Virus record (IMG/VR): IMGVR_UViG_3300026484_000176
Location: 1 to 30,852 of that record
Reading direction: 5' to 3' (one strand)
DNA: 30,852 bases
Source of the DNA: a virus
Taxonomy: Duplodnaviria; Caudoviricetes
Shown: in pieces, positions 16,453-26,992 of the stretch
Numbering within the stretch: position 1 is the stretch's first letter
Layout of the letters: the number at the start of each line of letters is the position of its first letter
The notes under the pieces: model-generated
What the model saw: the letters and a program-made list of their open reading frames with translations, nothing else
Told to the model about the DNA's origin: nothing
The model's database searches: none
Translations under genes and position numbers: made by a program

Positions 16453-18603
16453 ATGGCAAGAAATAATGAAACAATAACATTAAAAATAAATGTTTCAGGA
16501 AATGGCAATTTAGAAATAAAACAAATGAATGAAAAACTTGAAGAAACAAGTAAAAAAGGGAATAAAGCTTCTAAAAGTGTAAATAACATAGGTGAATCAG
16601 CAATAAAATCAACAAAAAAAGTTTCAGATTTATCTGTTTCTTTTAGTTCATTATCAAAAATAGTAGCAGGTATTTCATTAGGAGCATTAGCAACAGACTT
16701 ATATAGAACAAATGAAGAATGGAGTAGATTAAATGCTATAATGAAAGCTACTTCTAAAAATTCTGAAAAAGTAAAAAGAGATTTTGAAATAATTAAAAAT
16801 TTTAAAGGAATAACATACTTTGATCCACAAGATATAGCAGAAAGTTATAATTTATTAAGAAGTCAAAATATTAAATTCTCAAAAGATTTATTAAATACTA
16901 TAACTGGAACAGCAATTGCAACAAATCAAAATATAGTAACAGTTACAGAACAATTTAGAGCAGTTTTAAATGGAGAAGAAGCTACACTAGATGATTATTT
17001 TAAAGCAGTAACTAAAACAACTGATGGAATATTAGTACAATATACAACAGCAGAAGGTAAATTAAAAACAAAATTATTAAAAACAGCAGAAGATACAGCA
17101 GAAGCAATGAAAGAACAATTTGGAAGTGTTAATAAAAGTTTAGAAGATACATTTTCACAAACTGCAAGAATATTTAAAGAAAGAATATCAAATAGAATAT
17201 TAAAAGATTTAAAAATATTTGCTAAAACTTATATAGAAGAATTTAATAAGATAACTAAAAAAAGAGAAGAAGAATATTTAAAACAAAATAATTTACAACC
17301 TGCAAAAGTAAATAAATTTTTATTAGAAGATACAGATGTTAAAGCTGGTGAAAAAATAATTGAAAAAAATAAAGAAATAGAACAAAGTAATAAAGAACTT
17401 GCTGATTCTGTTAAAACAGTTAATGCTTTAACAAGTCAATATCAAGAAACTATAAGTGATACAAAAAGTCTAGAAGAATTAAATAATGCTACTGTTAAAT
17501 ATTATGATACTTTAAAACAAAAAGGTCTTAAATTACAAGATGAAGTATTAAAAAGACAATCAAAAGAATTTGAAAAACAATTAAAAGTAATTGAAAAAAA
17601 TAATAAAGAAAAATTAAATAAAAAAATAGAAGAAATTAATAGAGAAATTGAAATTTTAAAAGCAGGTAAAGAAAAAGAATTTTTATTATTAGAAGAAGCA
17701 AAACAAAAAGAATTAGAAAGTGTTAAAAATCCTAAATTAATACAAGCAATAAATGATAAATATGAAGTTGAATATAATTTATTAAAAGATAAATTAGAAA
17801 AAGAAAAACAATTAAAAGAGCAACAAACATTAAGTTCAATAGATAGTAGAATTTCAGCATTAGGAGAAAGTCCTATTGATTTAACACAAGGAATGACACA
17901 AGAAGAACAAAACCAGAAAAAATTAGAAGAAATAAACACATTTTATGATGAAAAAATTTCTATATTAGAAGAAAAATTAAATTTAGAAATTTTAACAAAA
18001 GAACAATTTGCACAAACAGAAATAGAATTAGAACGAGCAAAAGCAGATAAAATATTAGCAATAAGAAAACAAGTAGAAGATAGTAAGAAACAAGAATTAT
18101 CAAATATTGCAACTGGTTTAGAAGGTATTGCTTCTATTTTTCAATCTTTTGATACTGTAATGGGTAAACAATCAAAAGGAAGTTTTGAAGCACAGAAAGC
18201 TTTTGCTATTGCTTCTGCTACAATTAATGCTTATCTTGGAGCTTCTAAAGCATTAGCAGAAGGAGGTCCAGTATTAGGACCAATAATGGCAGGTGTTCAA
18301 TTAGCTTCTGGTTTAGCACAAGTAGCACAGATATCTTCACAAACATATCAACCAAAATATCATGATGGAGGTTTAGTTACAAATAATGGTTCTTTAAGTA
18401 ATGAAGTTGATGCAACACTTCAAACTGGTGAAGGTGTATTATCAAGAAGAGGAATGTCTGCATTAGATAAATTAAATAGAGGTGAAACAACAACAAATGG
18501 AAATGTCGAAGTTATTATTGTTAATAATATGGAAGAAGCATTAGAAAGACAATTAAATTCAAGAAGTGGAAGAAGTTTAATAAAAGAAATTTCAAATAGT
18601 TAA
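16453..18603 (+). CDS. Tail tape measure protein
   Basis: 716 aa helical/coiled coil; C-terminal KAFAIASATINAY..A..ALA, YHDGGLV and LQTGEGVL motifs; follows the frameshifted chaperone. Confidence 0.9.
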   Translation: MARNNETITLKINVSGNGNLEIKQMNEKLEETSKKGNKASKSVNNIGESAIKSTKKVSDLSVSFSSLSKIVAGISLGALATDLYRTNEEWSRLNAIMKATSKNSEKVKRDFEIIKNFKGITYFDPQDIAESYNLLRSQNIKFSKDLLNTITGTAIATNQNIVTVTEQFRAVLNGEEATLDDYFKAVTKTTDGILVQYTTAEGKLKTKLLKTAEDTAEAMKEQFGSVNKSLEDTFSQTARIFKERISNRILKDLKIFAKTYIEEFNKITKKREEEYLKQNNLQPAKVNKFLLEDTDVKAGEKIIEKNKEIEQSNKELADSVKTVNALTSQYQETISDTKSLEELNNATVKYYDTLKQKGLKLQDEVLKRQSKEFEKQLKVIEKNNKEKLNKKIEEINREIEILKAGKEKEFLLLEEAKQKELESVKNPKLIQAINDKYEVEYNLLKDKLEKEKQLKEQQTLSSIDSRISALGESPIDLTQGMTQEEQNQKKLEEINTFYDEKISILEEKLNLEILTKEQFAQTEIELERAKADKILAIRKQVEDSKKQELSNIATGLEGIASIFQSFDTVMGKQSKGSFEAQKAFAIASATINAYLGASKALAEGGPVLGPIMAGVQLASGLAQVAQISSQTYQPKYHDGGLVTNNGSLSNEVDATLQTGEGVLSRRGMSALDKLNRGETTTNGNVEVIIVNNMEEALERQLNSRSGRSLIKEISNS

Positions 18604-18660
18604 AATAATATAATAAAAACAAGATATTCAGAAAAAATTTTTAAATTATAAAGGAAGAAA

Positions 18661-19188
18661 ATGGATATAATAAGACATATAGCAAAGAAAGATAGTATAA
18701 GAGAATATATCACATTAGAATTTTCTACTTTTGAGTCAAAAGAAAAATATACAAGTAGAAGAAAAATAGAAATTGTACCAAAATTTACAATAACTGAAAC
18801 AATAGTAGCAAAAAATTATAATGAAATAAAAGAATTAGAAAAATTTCTTTCAAAAAATATAACTGAATTAATTGTTTTTCCTTTGTTTAGTACAACTACA
18901 AAAGCAACAGTAACAGAAACAACAAATATTGTAAATGGTGATTTTGTAGAACCTTGGACAAAGCCAGGTGATGTTTTATGTTTTGGAAAAGATACTAAAA
19001 ATTTAAAATATGAAACAATTATTGCAATAGATAGTATAAATAAACAAATAACTTTACAAAATGATATAAATATAAATGATAAAGATTTATTAATAACTGG
19101 TAAGATAATGACATTAAATAAACAAATAACAATAAATAAGACTTCTAACACATTTTGGGAGTTTAATATAAAAGGAAGTGAGTTATAA
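18661..19188 (+). CDS. Putative distal tail protein
   Basis: Position immediately after TMP; beta-rich. Confidence 0.5.
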   Translation: MDIIRHIAKKDSIREYITLEFSTFESKEKYTSRRKIEIVPKFTITETIVAKNYNEIKELEKFLSKNITELIVFPLFSTTTKATVTETTNIVNGDFVEPWTKPGDVLCFGKDTKNLKYETIIAIDSINKQITLQNDININDKDLLITGKIMTLNKQITINKTSNTFWEFNIKGSEL

Positions 19189-21257
19189 TGAATATATACA
19201 CTGATTATGAACTATTAAATATAGAAACAATAACAAAGATAAGTGAAACAATAAATAATGATTTCAATCTATTAGGAAAAAATTATAACAAGATAGAAAA
19301 ATACGTAGATAGTAAAAATATTTTTAATTTTAATATTGATTTTTTATTAAATAAAGAAGAAAAATATAATTTATATAAGCAAGTTTCAAAAGATTATTTT
19401 TGGGTTGAATTTTTACTTGAATTATTTGAAACAGAAGTACCATTAGAAATTGATGCAAATACAATAAAAGTTAAAAAAAATAATTTATTATTAGATACTA
19501 ATAATGATATTTATATAAAGATAAAAGATGAAAATAATATAGTTGGAATTTCAAAAATTATTTCAATAGATAATAATGATACAAATTTTACAATATTAGA
19601 ACTTGAAAATGATATATCAACATTAAACTATGATGTAAATAAAAATTATTTTTTAAATCTTGTTAAATTATGTTATTTAGACCAAAAAGGTATTCAATTT
19701 AATATGATTAATGAAGATTTATATAAGGCAAGAATAAAAGCAAAAACAACAATAGGTGTTATTGCTAATATTGATATATTTCCTTCACCGGTTATTGAAA
19801 CAATAGATTTAGAAACATATGAAAAACCTATTTTTATTGGTGATAGAATATTAACTGGAAGATTTACTGAATATTCTTTGTCTGATACATATAAGTACAC
19901 TTTTAAAGAAGGTTATACAATAAAATCTAAATCAATAGAATTTAATGATTATATTTTAACATTAACACCAAAAAGTTTTATTATTGGAACAGATTTAAAT
20001 ATAAATGTAAGAATAATAACATATGATAAAATTTCAGGAATAGAATTTTCAGAAGTTATATTTAATGATTTTTTGCCTTATTCAGAAGTATATGGAGAAA
20101 AGATACAAACTTTTCATGTTTACACAGATAATATAAATATTTATTTATTAATAAGAATAAATAACAAAGTTTTAATTTCACAATTAGATTTAAAAGGTGT
20201 TTTAATAAAAAATTATTATTTTAATACAAATATTCAAGATTATATAGATTTATTTACAGAAAAAGAAAAATATACTGATGAATATGGTAATTTAAGTGAT
20301 TTATATTTATTATATAAAGATAAACAAGAAGAACACGAAAGTTTAATAATTGAAAATGGTATTCCAGTTTTATATAAAGTTTTTTTTAATAAAAAGTTAA
20401 AATATTCTTTTAACTTAGATAATTCTACATATTCAGTTCAAGAAAAAGATATAAAACTTTTATTTATGCAAAATAGAACAAGATTTTTTAATAATCAAAC
20501 ATTTACAAGAAATGGAGAAAGTTTTACAGCTCAATTTTATACTGGTTTATATACAAGTCAATATTATTTAAGAGTTTATAGAAATTCAAATTATGAAATT
20601 TTATTTGATACATTAATTTATAATTCTGAAACAGAAGGATATGGTTTATTATATAATAGTTATATGACTGGTAATATAAAAATTTTTACTGAAAATAATG
20701 ATTTGTATATTTTAATGCATAATTTAAAAAATTCAAGTCAAAGTTCTTATATGTCTTTAAAAATATCAGAAATTTTTAATAGAAATTTACCAACAACACA
20801 TTCAAAAACTTTTGAAACTATTTCAAATAATTATGATATTTTTTCTAACAGAATATTTAATATTAATAATGTTAAATATAAAATAGGTGTAAAACATAAG
20901 ACTCAAGTAAATTATGATGATTATACATATTTAAAAAAGATAGAATTTGAAAAATCAGAATTAGATGGAACAAATAAATTTTCTTTTTTAATTGATACTG
21001 AATTAGACAATATAACATATACAGAAACTGATCCAATAGAAAGTGCTTATGTTCAAGATAGTAATTTAGGTACTGGTAATTTAACAACTCCAACAATAAA
21101 TTTAGCTTTATGTTATACTTATGATACAAATATACATATAATAAATGATACTTATATTTTATTTATTGTTCCATTAATGAAAAATTTAGAGAATTATACA
21201 TTTTTATATGTTAAAACTGATTTAAATTTAAATATTATTAAAAAAGAATATATTTAG
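19188..21257 (+). CDS. Putative minor tail protein
   Basis: 689 aa in the tail module, TAATG-coupled; no motif recognised. Confidence 0.55.
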   Translation: MNIYTDYELLNIETITKISETINNDFNLLGKNYNKIEKYVDSKNIFNFNIDFLLNKEEKYNLYKQVSKDYFWVEFLLELFETEVPLEIDANTIKVKKNNLLLDTNNDIYIKIKDENNIVGISKIISIDNNDTNFTILELENDISTLNYDVNKNYFLNLVKLCYLDQKGIQFNMINEDLYKARIKAKTTIGVIANIDIFPSPVIETIDLETYEKPIFIGDRILTGRFTEYSLSDTYKYTFKEGYTIKSKSIEFNDYILTLTPKSFIIGTDLNINVRIITYDKISGIEFSEVIFNDFLPYSEVYGEKIQTFHVYTDNINIYLLIRINNKVLISQLDLKGVLIKNYYFNTNIQDYIDLFTEKEKYTDEYGNLSDLYLLYKDKQEEHESLIIENGIPVLYKVFFNKKLKYSFNLDNSTYSVQEKDIKLLFMQNRTRFFNNQTFTRNGESFTAQFYTGLYTSQYYLRVYRNSNYEILFDTLIYNSETEGYGLLYNSYMTGNIKIFTENNDLYILMHNLKNSSQSSYMSLKISEIFNRNLPTTHSKTFETISNNYDIFSNRIFNINNVKYKIGVKHKTQVNYDDYTYLKKIEFEKSELDGTNKFSFLIDTELDNITYTETDPIESAYVQDSNLGTGNLTTPTINLALCYTYDTNIHIINDTYILFIVPLMKNLENYTFLYVKTDLNLNIIKKEYI

Positions 21258-21304
21258 TTTTATAATATCATCAAAATATAAAATTTTTAAAAAAAGGTAT
21301 TTTA

Positions 21305-22066
21305 ATGATAGAATTATATAGAATTAAAGATGGACAAAATGAATATTATTATACAAGTTCAAATAAAGAATTTACTGTTAATAATATTGATTCTGTCGTT
21401 GATGGTATAACTTTTTATCCAAGAGCTATTCAAAGGTCAGAGATTTCAATAGATAGTATAGAAAAAGATAATTTTGATTTTGAAGTTCCTATTAGTATGA
21501 AACCTTTTGATGAATTTATTTTTATTAATCCAAATGATTCTATTTTTGTTTATTTATATAATGATAAAGGAGAAAGTTTATATACTGGTAAAGTTTCTAA
21601 TGTTGAATTTAATTTAAAAAAACATAATATGAAAATAAAAGTTTCTAATATTATTTCTATATTATCTAACAATATACCAAAAAATAATTTTTCTCCAAGT
21701 TGTAGCTATGATTTATATAGTAAAGACTGTGGAATATTAGAAGAAGATAGAAAGGTAATATATAATAATACAGAATATCAAATAAATTCAAATTTAGAAA
21801 TACAATTATTAATAACAGCACCAGATATAAATTATTTTTCAAATGGTTTTTGTATTATAGATAACCAAAATAATTATATAATTTCACATAATACAGATAT
21901 AATAAAATTTTTGTATCCTATTAAAAATACAAGTTTTACAGGTGATATTTATATTTATCCTGGTTGTTCTAAAACAATTAATGAATGTAAAAATAAATTT
22001 AATAATTTAGAAAATTTTGGAGGCTTTCCATTTGTTCCAAAATCAGATCCATTCTTAAAAATATAA
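21305..22066 (+). CDS. Tail hub protein, DUF2163/BR0599 (lambda gpL-like) family
   Basis: CSYDLYSKDC and GCSKTINECKNKFNNLENFGGFPFVP, the conserved four-Cys C-terminal signature. Confidence 0.88.
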   Translation: MIELYRIKDGQNEYYYTSSNKEFTVNNIDSVVDGITFYPRAIQRSEISIDSIEKDNFDFEVPISMKPFDEFIFINPNDSIFVYLYNDKGESLYTGKVSNVEFNLKKHNMKIKVSNIISILSNNIPKNNFSPSCSYDLYSKDCGILEEDRKVIYNNTEYQINSNLEIQLLITAPDINYFSNGFCIIDNQNNYIISHNTDIIKFLYPIKNTSFTGDIYIYPGCSKTINECKNKFNNLENFGGFPFVPKSDPFLKI

Positions 22067-22080
22067 AAAGGAGTTAAAAA

Positions 22081-22299
22081 ATGTGGTTATTTTTATTATA
22101 TGCTATTGTAACAGTTGCAGTTGTTTTATTTGCACCAAAACCTCAAATGCCAGAAGCAGAATTGCCAAATCTTGATAAGTTTCAATTTCCAACAGCAGAT
22201 GAAGGAAGAGTTGTTCAAGAAGTATATGGAACTGTATTAGTTGGTGGAGCAAATTGTTTTTATGCTGACAATTTAAGAAATGAAATAATATATATGTAA
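22081..22299 (+). CDS. Small tail assembly protein
   Basis: Hydrophobic N-terminus then FQFPTADEGRVVQEVYGT, typical of the short protein following BR0599-type hubs. Confidence 0.7.
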   Translation: MWLFLLYAIVTVAVVLFAPKPQMPEAELPNLDKFQFPTADEGRVVQEVYGTVLVGGANCFYADNLRNEIIYM

Positions 22300-22337
22300 T
22301 ATGATATATTATATAAATAAAAGATAAAAGGAAAGAT

Positions 22338-24467
22338 ATGGGTTCAAAAAAACAACCAAAGCAACCAGTAGGACAAGCTGTTTTTGCTACGTTTGCATTA
22401 GCAGTAGCAAGTAAGATAGACGAATTTCAAGAATTATGGATTGGAGATAATAAGATATCAACTTTTAATACAGAAAGTAATATATCTAAAATGAACACTG
22501 GAATTAAATCAACTCAATATCCTAGTAATGCTGGATTATCAAAAATTATTTCATATTTTGGAGACAATAAATTTTATAATGCTTATATGGCAGCAAAAAC
22601 AGGTTTTAAATTAAAATATAAGAAAGTAGCTTATTTATTTTTTGAAGATGCTTTTATGGGTGATAATGTTAATAGTATTCCAAATTATAAAATAAAAGTA
22701 AAAAGAACAAATATTCTAGGTTGGTATAAAAATGGAGAATTATTAGATGATATTAATGGAGAAGCTAATCCTGCTGTTGTTTTATATCATATGCTTACAG
22801 AATTAGGAAAGATAGAAGAAAGTTTAATAGATAAAAATTCTTTTATTGATATTGCTATAAAATTAAAAAATGAAGGTTTTGGTTTATCTTTTTCTATAAC
22901 TTCTTCTGATACTATGAAAAAATGGATAGAAGAAATATTAAGACATATTGACGGAAGTTTATATTTTGATACACTTATTGGTAAATATACTTTAAGAATA
23001 ATAAGATATGACTATAATATAAATGAACTTATTTTATTAGATGATAGTAATACAAAAGATGTTAAAATGAAAAAACCTGACTGGAATACATTAGCAACAA
23101 ATTTAACATTAGAATATACTTCAAATGATAATTTTAAAAAAACTAGTATAAATAAAGAAAATCTTACAGTAAAAAAATTATCAAATAAAGAAAATAACCA
23201 AATAGTGACAATGATGGCAATAACTAATCAAGAATTAGCAAAAACTGTTTTAAATAGAGAATTAAAAAAATATTCTTATCCTTTATTTAATGTTACAATG
23301 AAGATACCAAATAATTTACATTTTAAACCTTTAGATGTTATAAAATTTTCAAATAAAGTTTTAGGAATTGAGAATATGGTTCTTAGAATAATGGAAATAG
23401 GAGCTGATGATTTTGAAAAAAATTATTATGAAATTAAATGCGTAGAAGATATTTTTAATGCAGGAGATTTTGATTTAACAGATGTTCAACAACCAAAAGC
23501 AGATTTAAAAGACTATAATATTAATTTTAATATGAAATTATTAAGTCAAGTTGTAAAATTAAATAGAGATATGTTATCTTCTGAAAATCCAGAAATTTTA
23601 TTTTTAGACAATGCTGATGATAATTCGAAAGTAACTTTTGACACTATCACAAGTAATGGAGTTCAATCAAACCAAAAAATAGAAAATTATACAAAATTAA
23701 AACAAGATTTATTATTTCAAGATACTTATGAGAATGGAGGAATAGGATATAATTATATAGAAGATAAAATAATATTAGAAAGACAAAGTTATATGGTAGA
23801 ACATGAATCAACTGATGAAGATTATCAAAAAGGTCAATATAGTGTTTCTATAAATGGTGAAATAATTGTTTATAAATCTTTAAAATTTATTGATGATTTT
23901 ACTGTTTCTATAAATGAATGTATAAGAAATATAAATAATATAGAAGTAAGTTCTTATTATATTGAAGATATTGTTTGGTTTATAAATACAGAATATTCAA
24001 CAATAAATTTTGAAAACCATATAAATGGAAAAGAATTAGAATTTAATGTAACTTTAAACAATGATTTTAATAGTTCAAATAAATTTTATATTCAAACTGA
24101 AAATTATGATGATTTTTACATTAAACCTTATAAAGTTGAACAAGTTATATGGGATAAATCAACTGGTAATGTTTCTTTTTATCCAACATATTTCAGAAAA
24201 GAAAATGGAGCAAGTTATCAAGACCCTGATACAATCACATTTAATTCAGCAGATGAAAATAAAGTAGAAGAAAATCAAATTTTTTATATAACTGCTAAAT
24301 ATAAAGTATTAGCAAGTGATACAGATTATATAATATATGAAAATTATTCGCAAGATTTATCAGTAGATACTGGCATACTAGGAAGTTATGAAGTTATAGA
24401 ATATTTTTATTTATATAATATCATTAATAATAAAAAAAGTCTTCCTTATGATATATTAAATACATAA
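22338..24467 (+). CDS. Tail tip / central spike protein (gpJ or GTA megatron-like)
   Basis: MGSKK start, EANPA, GFGLS, EILRHIDG.LY.D...GK..L..IR.DY motifs. Confidence 0.8.
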   Translation: MGSKKQPKQPVGQAVFATFALAVASKIDEFQELWIGDNKISTFNTESNISKMNTGIKSTQYPSNAGLSKIISYFGDNKFYNAYMAAKTGFKLKYKKVAYLFFEDAFMGDNVNSIPNYKIKVKRTNILGWYKNGELLDDINGEANPAVVLYHMLTELGKIEESLIDKNSFIDIAIKLKNEGFGLSFSITSSDTMKKWIEEILRHIDGSLYFDTLIGKYTLRIIRYDYNINELILLDDSNTKDVKMKKPDWNTLATNLTLEYTSNDNFKKTSINKENLTVKKLSNKENNQIVTMMAITNQELAKTVLNRELKKYSYPLFNVTMKIPNNLHFKPLDVIKFSNKVLGIENMVLRIMEIGADDFEKNYYEIKCVEDIFNAGDFDLTDVQQPKADLKDYNINFNMKLLSQVVKLNRDMLSSENPEILFLDNADDNSKVTFDTITSNGVQSNQKIENYTKLKQDLLFQDTYENGGIGYNYIEDKIILERQSYMVEHESTDEDYQKGQYSVSINGEIIVYKSLKFIDDFTVSINECIRNINNIEVSSYYIEDIVWFINTEYSTINFENHINGKELEFNVTLNNDFNSSNKFYIQTENYDDFYIKPYKVEQVIWDKSTGNVSFYPTYFRKENGASYQDPDTITFNSADENKVEENQIFYITAKYKVLASDTDYIIYENYSQDLSVDTGILGSYEVIEYFYLYNIINNKKSLPYDILNT

Positions 24468-24493
24468 GAAAAGAAATTTAAAAAAGGAAAAAA

Positions 24494-25498
24494 ATGGCAA
24501 CATTAAATAATGGTTTAAAGACTATTGAATTAGGCTCAATAAATTGGAGAAGCATTTTCAATAGTAATATGCAAAAACTAGATATTTCAACTATACAATT
24601 TATAACTTATGCTGAATTGCCAACTGTTTTTGTTGGTGATAGAATGTATTTTACTACTGATAAATTAAAATTTTATTATGATGATGGAACTCAATTATTA
24701 GAAGTAATAGGAGGAATTATTCAAGGTTTAGATGCTGATAAAGATACAAACACAGAAAATGGTGATTTTTATTATGCTACTGATACAAATATTCTTTATT
24801 ATAAAGATGATACAGGAACAATAATAAATGTTACTGGTAGCGTTGATTTTTCTGCTGTTGACCAAAGTATAATACCAGATGTAAACTGGTCAAGAAATTT
24901 AGGAGCTTCTGATAAGACTTGGGGAAGAGGTTATTTTACTTATATTTATGCAGATAAAATATATTCCAAATCTTCTGGTGAATTAACAATAGATGCTTTT
25001 GGAAATAATATAAATTTTGCAGAAAATGGAACAATAAGAAGTTATATAGGTCCAAATATAAGTTTTACACCAACAGGAACTTTTAGAGTTTCTACTGCTA
25101 ATACTGTAACTTTAAACTCTTCTGATAGTATTCAACTACAAACTGGTACAACTACACGAATGTCTATAAATCCTAGTTTAATAAATATTTTAGAATTTAC
25201 AGCATTAGGTGATTTATCTCCTAGTATAAAACTTAAAAAGATAACAGGGACAACTGGTGCAGCAGAAGGAGACATAGTAACAGTAGCACATAACTTAACA
25301 GGTTCAAAAATAATTAGTTTTAAATTAAAAGTAGAAGATGCAACAGATTCAGGAATACCTGAAAATCATACAAGTGATACAGGTTATCAAGTTTCAATAA
25401 AACATGATGGAACTAATTTTATAATAACAAATGTTTCTTCAAATTCTGCGAATGTTTTATCTAAACCATTTTCAATATTAGTAACTTATGAAGCTTAA
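24494..25498 (+). CDS. Tail fibre / receptor-binding protein
   Basis: Repeated Y.TTD...YY.D units, SIIPD....RNLG...KTW fibre motif, Thr/Ser/Gly-rich C-terminus with VAHNL. Confidence 0.7.
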   Translation: MATLNNGLKTIELGSINWRSIFNSNMQKLDISTIQFITYAELPTVFVGDRMYFTTDKLKFYYDDGTQLLEVIGGIIQGLDADKDTNTENGDFYYATDTNILYYKDDTGTIINVTGSVDFSAVDQSIIPDVNWSRNLGASDKTWGRGYFTYIYADKIYSKSSGELTIDAFGNNINFAENGTIRSYIGPNISFTPTGTFRVSTANTVTLNSSDSIQLQTGTTTRMSINPSLINILEFTALGDLSPSIKLKKITGTTGAAEGDIVTVAHNLTGSKIISFKLKVEDATDSGIPENHTSDTGYQVSIKHDGTNFIITNVSSNSANVLSKPFSILVTYEA

Positions 25499-25512
25499 AA
25501 AAAGGAAAAAAA

Positions 25513-25758
25513 ATGACAATAAAAGAACAAAATTTAATTGATGAAAATAATTTAAGAATTATAAATATAGAAAAAGAAATGAGAATTTTAAATGATATAA
25601 ATGAAGGATATCAAAAATTAATTTTAAATAATCAAGTTAATTCTGATGAAAAATTAATATTAGAAGATAAAATGTATGATAATTTAGTTAAATATAGCAA
25701 TATTTTAACTGAAAAGAACTTATGCATACAAAATATAGCAAATATAAGGAATCAATAA
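25513..25758 (+). CDS. Hypothetical coiled-coil protein (possible fibre chaperone)
   Basis: 81 aa with AAGGA RBS, directly after the fibre gene. Confidence 0.6.
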   Translation: MTIKEQNLIDENNLRIINIEKEMRILNDINEGYQKLILNNQVNSDEKLILEDKMYDNLVKYSNILTEKNLCIQNIANIRNQ

Positions 25759-25761
25759 AAT

Positions 25762-26208
25762 ATGCTTAAAATTTATTTATATTCTAATCCAAATAAATTA
25801 TATCAAAAATTAATTTCTTTTTTATTTAATACTAAATATTATCATATTGAATATGAACTTGAATTTTGTGAGGAAAATTATTTTTTAAGAAGTTATTATG
25901 ATGGTAATTTTGTAAGTAATGAATATTTATCTTACTTAGTAAAAGATACAGACATTTATTATATAGATATAACAAAAGAACAATCTAAAAAAATATTAGA
26001 ATATTTTATAAAAGTTAATAATACTAAATATAATTATAAAGATATACTAAAATGGTTTTTTTATTATAAAATATTAAAAAAAGATATAAATTATTTTAAA
26101 AATAATAATAAAATTAATAAATATAATTGTTTTAATCATTTTATTAATATAGACAATATAATAAAAAATAAAAAAATATTTAATATAATAGAAAAGGAAA
26201 TATTATGA
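25762..26208 (+). CDS. Hypothetical protein, possible permuted papain-like (YaeF/YiiX) hydrolase
   Basis: Order YYHIE ... KYNY ... KYNC echoes the His-before-Cys permuted NlpC/P60 pattern (weak). Confidence 0.45.
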   Translation: MLKIYLYSNPNKLYQKLISFLFNTKYYHIEYELEFCEENYFLRSYYDGNFVSNEYLSYLVKDTDIYYIDITKEQSKKILEYFIKVNNTKYNYKDILKWFFYYKILKKDINYFKNNNKINKYNCFNHFINIDNIIKNKKIFNIIEKEIL

Positions 26209-26654
26209 GTATAACTTCAGAATTAATAGGAATGATATCAGGTGGTACTTTTGGTGCTGTTACTAAATTTGTCAGTGATTATATGGCAGATAAAAGACAA
26301 GCAGCACAAGAAAAGCATAATAGAAAAATGGCAGAACTAGGTTTTATAAAAGAACAATCTAAAATGTTATTAAATATGGAAAAAAGTGTTCCAGGTTTAT
26401 CATTTACAAAAAGAGTTATTTCTTTTGTTATTGTTTTTACTATTGCAGCAGTTGTTTTTATGCCTGAAAATCATTTAATTAATGTTCCAGTAACTGAAAC
26501 TATTAAAAATACTTGGTTTTGGGTTTTTACTACTGAAACAGTATCAGAAACTTATAAGACACTAAAAGGTGGAGTTTTAACAAAAGAAATAACAATAGCA
26601 TTTTTAACAATTGTTTCAGCTTATTTTGGTGCTTCAATAGCAAAAAGGAGATAA
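26205..26654 (+). CDS. Putative holin
   Basis: 2-3 hydrophobic segments; C-terminal IVSAYFG + basic tail, like 3TM phage/GTA holins. Confidence 0.6.
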   Translation: MSITSELIGMISGGTFGAVTKFVSDYMADKRQAAQEKHNRKMAELGFIKEQSKMLLNMEKSVPGLSFTKRVISFVIVFTIAAVVFMPENHLINVPVTETIKNTWFWVFTTETVSETYKTLKGGVLTKEITIAFLTIVSAYFGASIAKRR

Positions 26655-26657
26655 TAT

Positions 26658-26822
26658 ATGAAAAAGATAGATATTTTTAATAAATTTATAATAAATATAT
26701 TCATTTTATCTTCTTTTTATGGTTGTTCTTATAAAAATTATAATATAAATAAATATAATTATTCAATTAAAAATAATAATCAATCTAAATATATAGTTGA
26801 AATTTATAATAAAGAAAAATAA
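26658..26822 (+). CDS. Small lipoprotein (54 aa), possible spanin component
   Basis: Not in the ORF track; MKKIDIFNKFIINIFILSSFYGC lipobox-like Cys23; AAGGAG RBS. Confidence 0.55.
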   Translation: MKKIDIFNKFIINIFILSSFYGCSYKNYNINKYNYSIKNNNQSKYIVEIYNKEK

Positions 26823-26992
26823 TGGAAAATAACAAAGATATATTAAAAAAATTTTTAAATAAAGAAAACTTTGGTATAACAAAAGATATAGCAAAAAAAT
26901 ATTCTTTTGAATTAAGTGAAATATATTTACAAGATGCTATTTTTATATTAAAGAATGAATTAAAACTATCAGAGGTAAAAATAAATGGATAA
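26822..26992 (+). CDS. Small hypothetical protein (56 aa, MENNKDILKKF...)
   Basis: Not in the ORF track; TAATG-coupled to the lipoprotein, fills the gap to ORF 26985. Confidence 0.5.
   Translation: MENNKDILKKFLNKENFGITKDIAKKYSFELSEIYLQDAIFILKNELKLSEVKING

Noticed and set aside
5084-21129. Minus-strand ORFs within the structural arm (e.g. 11862..12383, 17502..17939, 18816..19151)
   Set aside because: Antisense to well-supported genes, shadow-like composition, no RBS noticed.
24061-24267. Nested alternative-frame ORF in the tail tip gene (also 28221..28499 antisense to the NTPase)
   Set aside because: No RBS, lipobox or motif; short incidental open frames.
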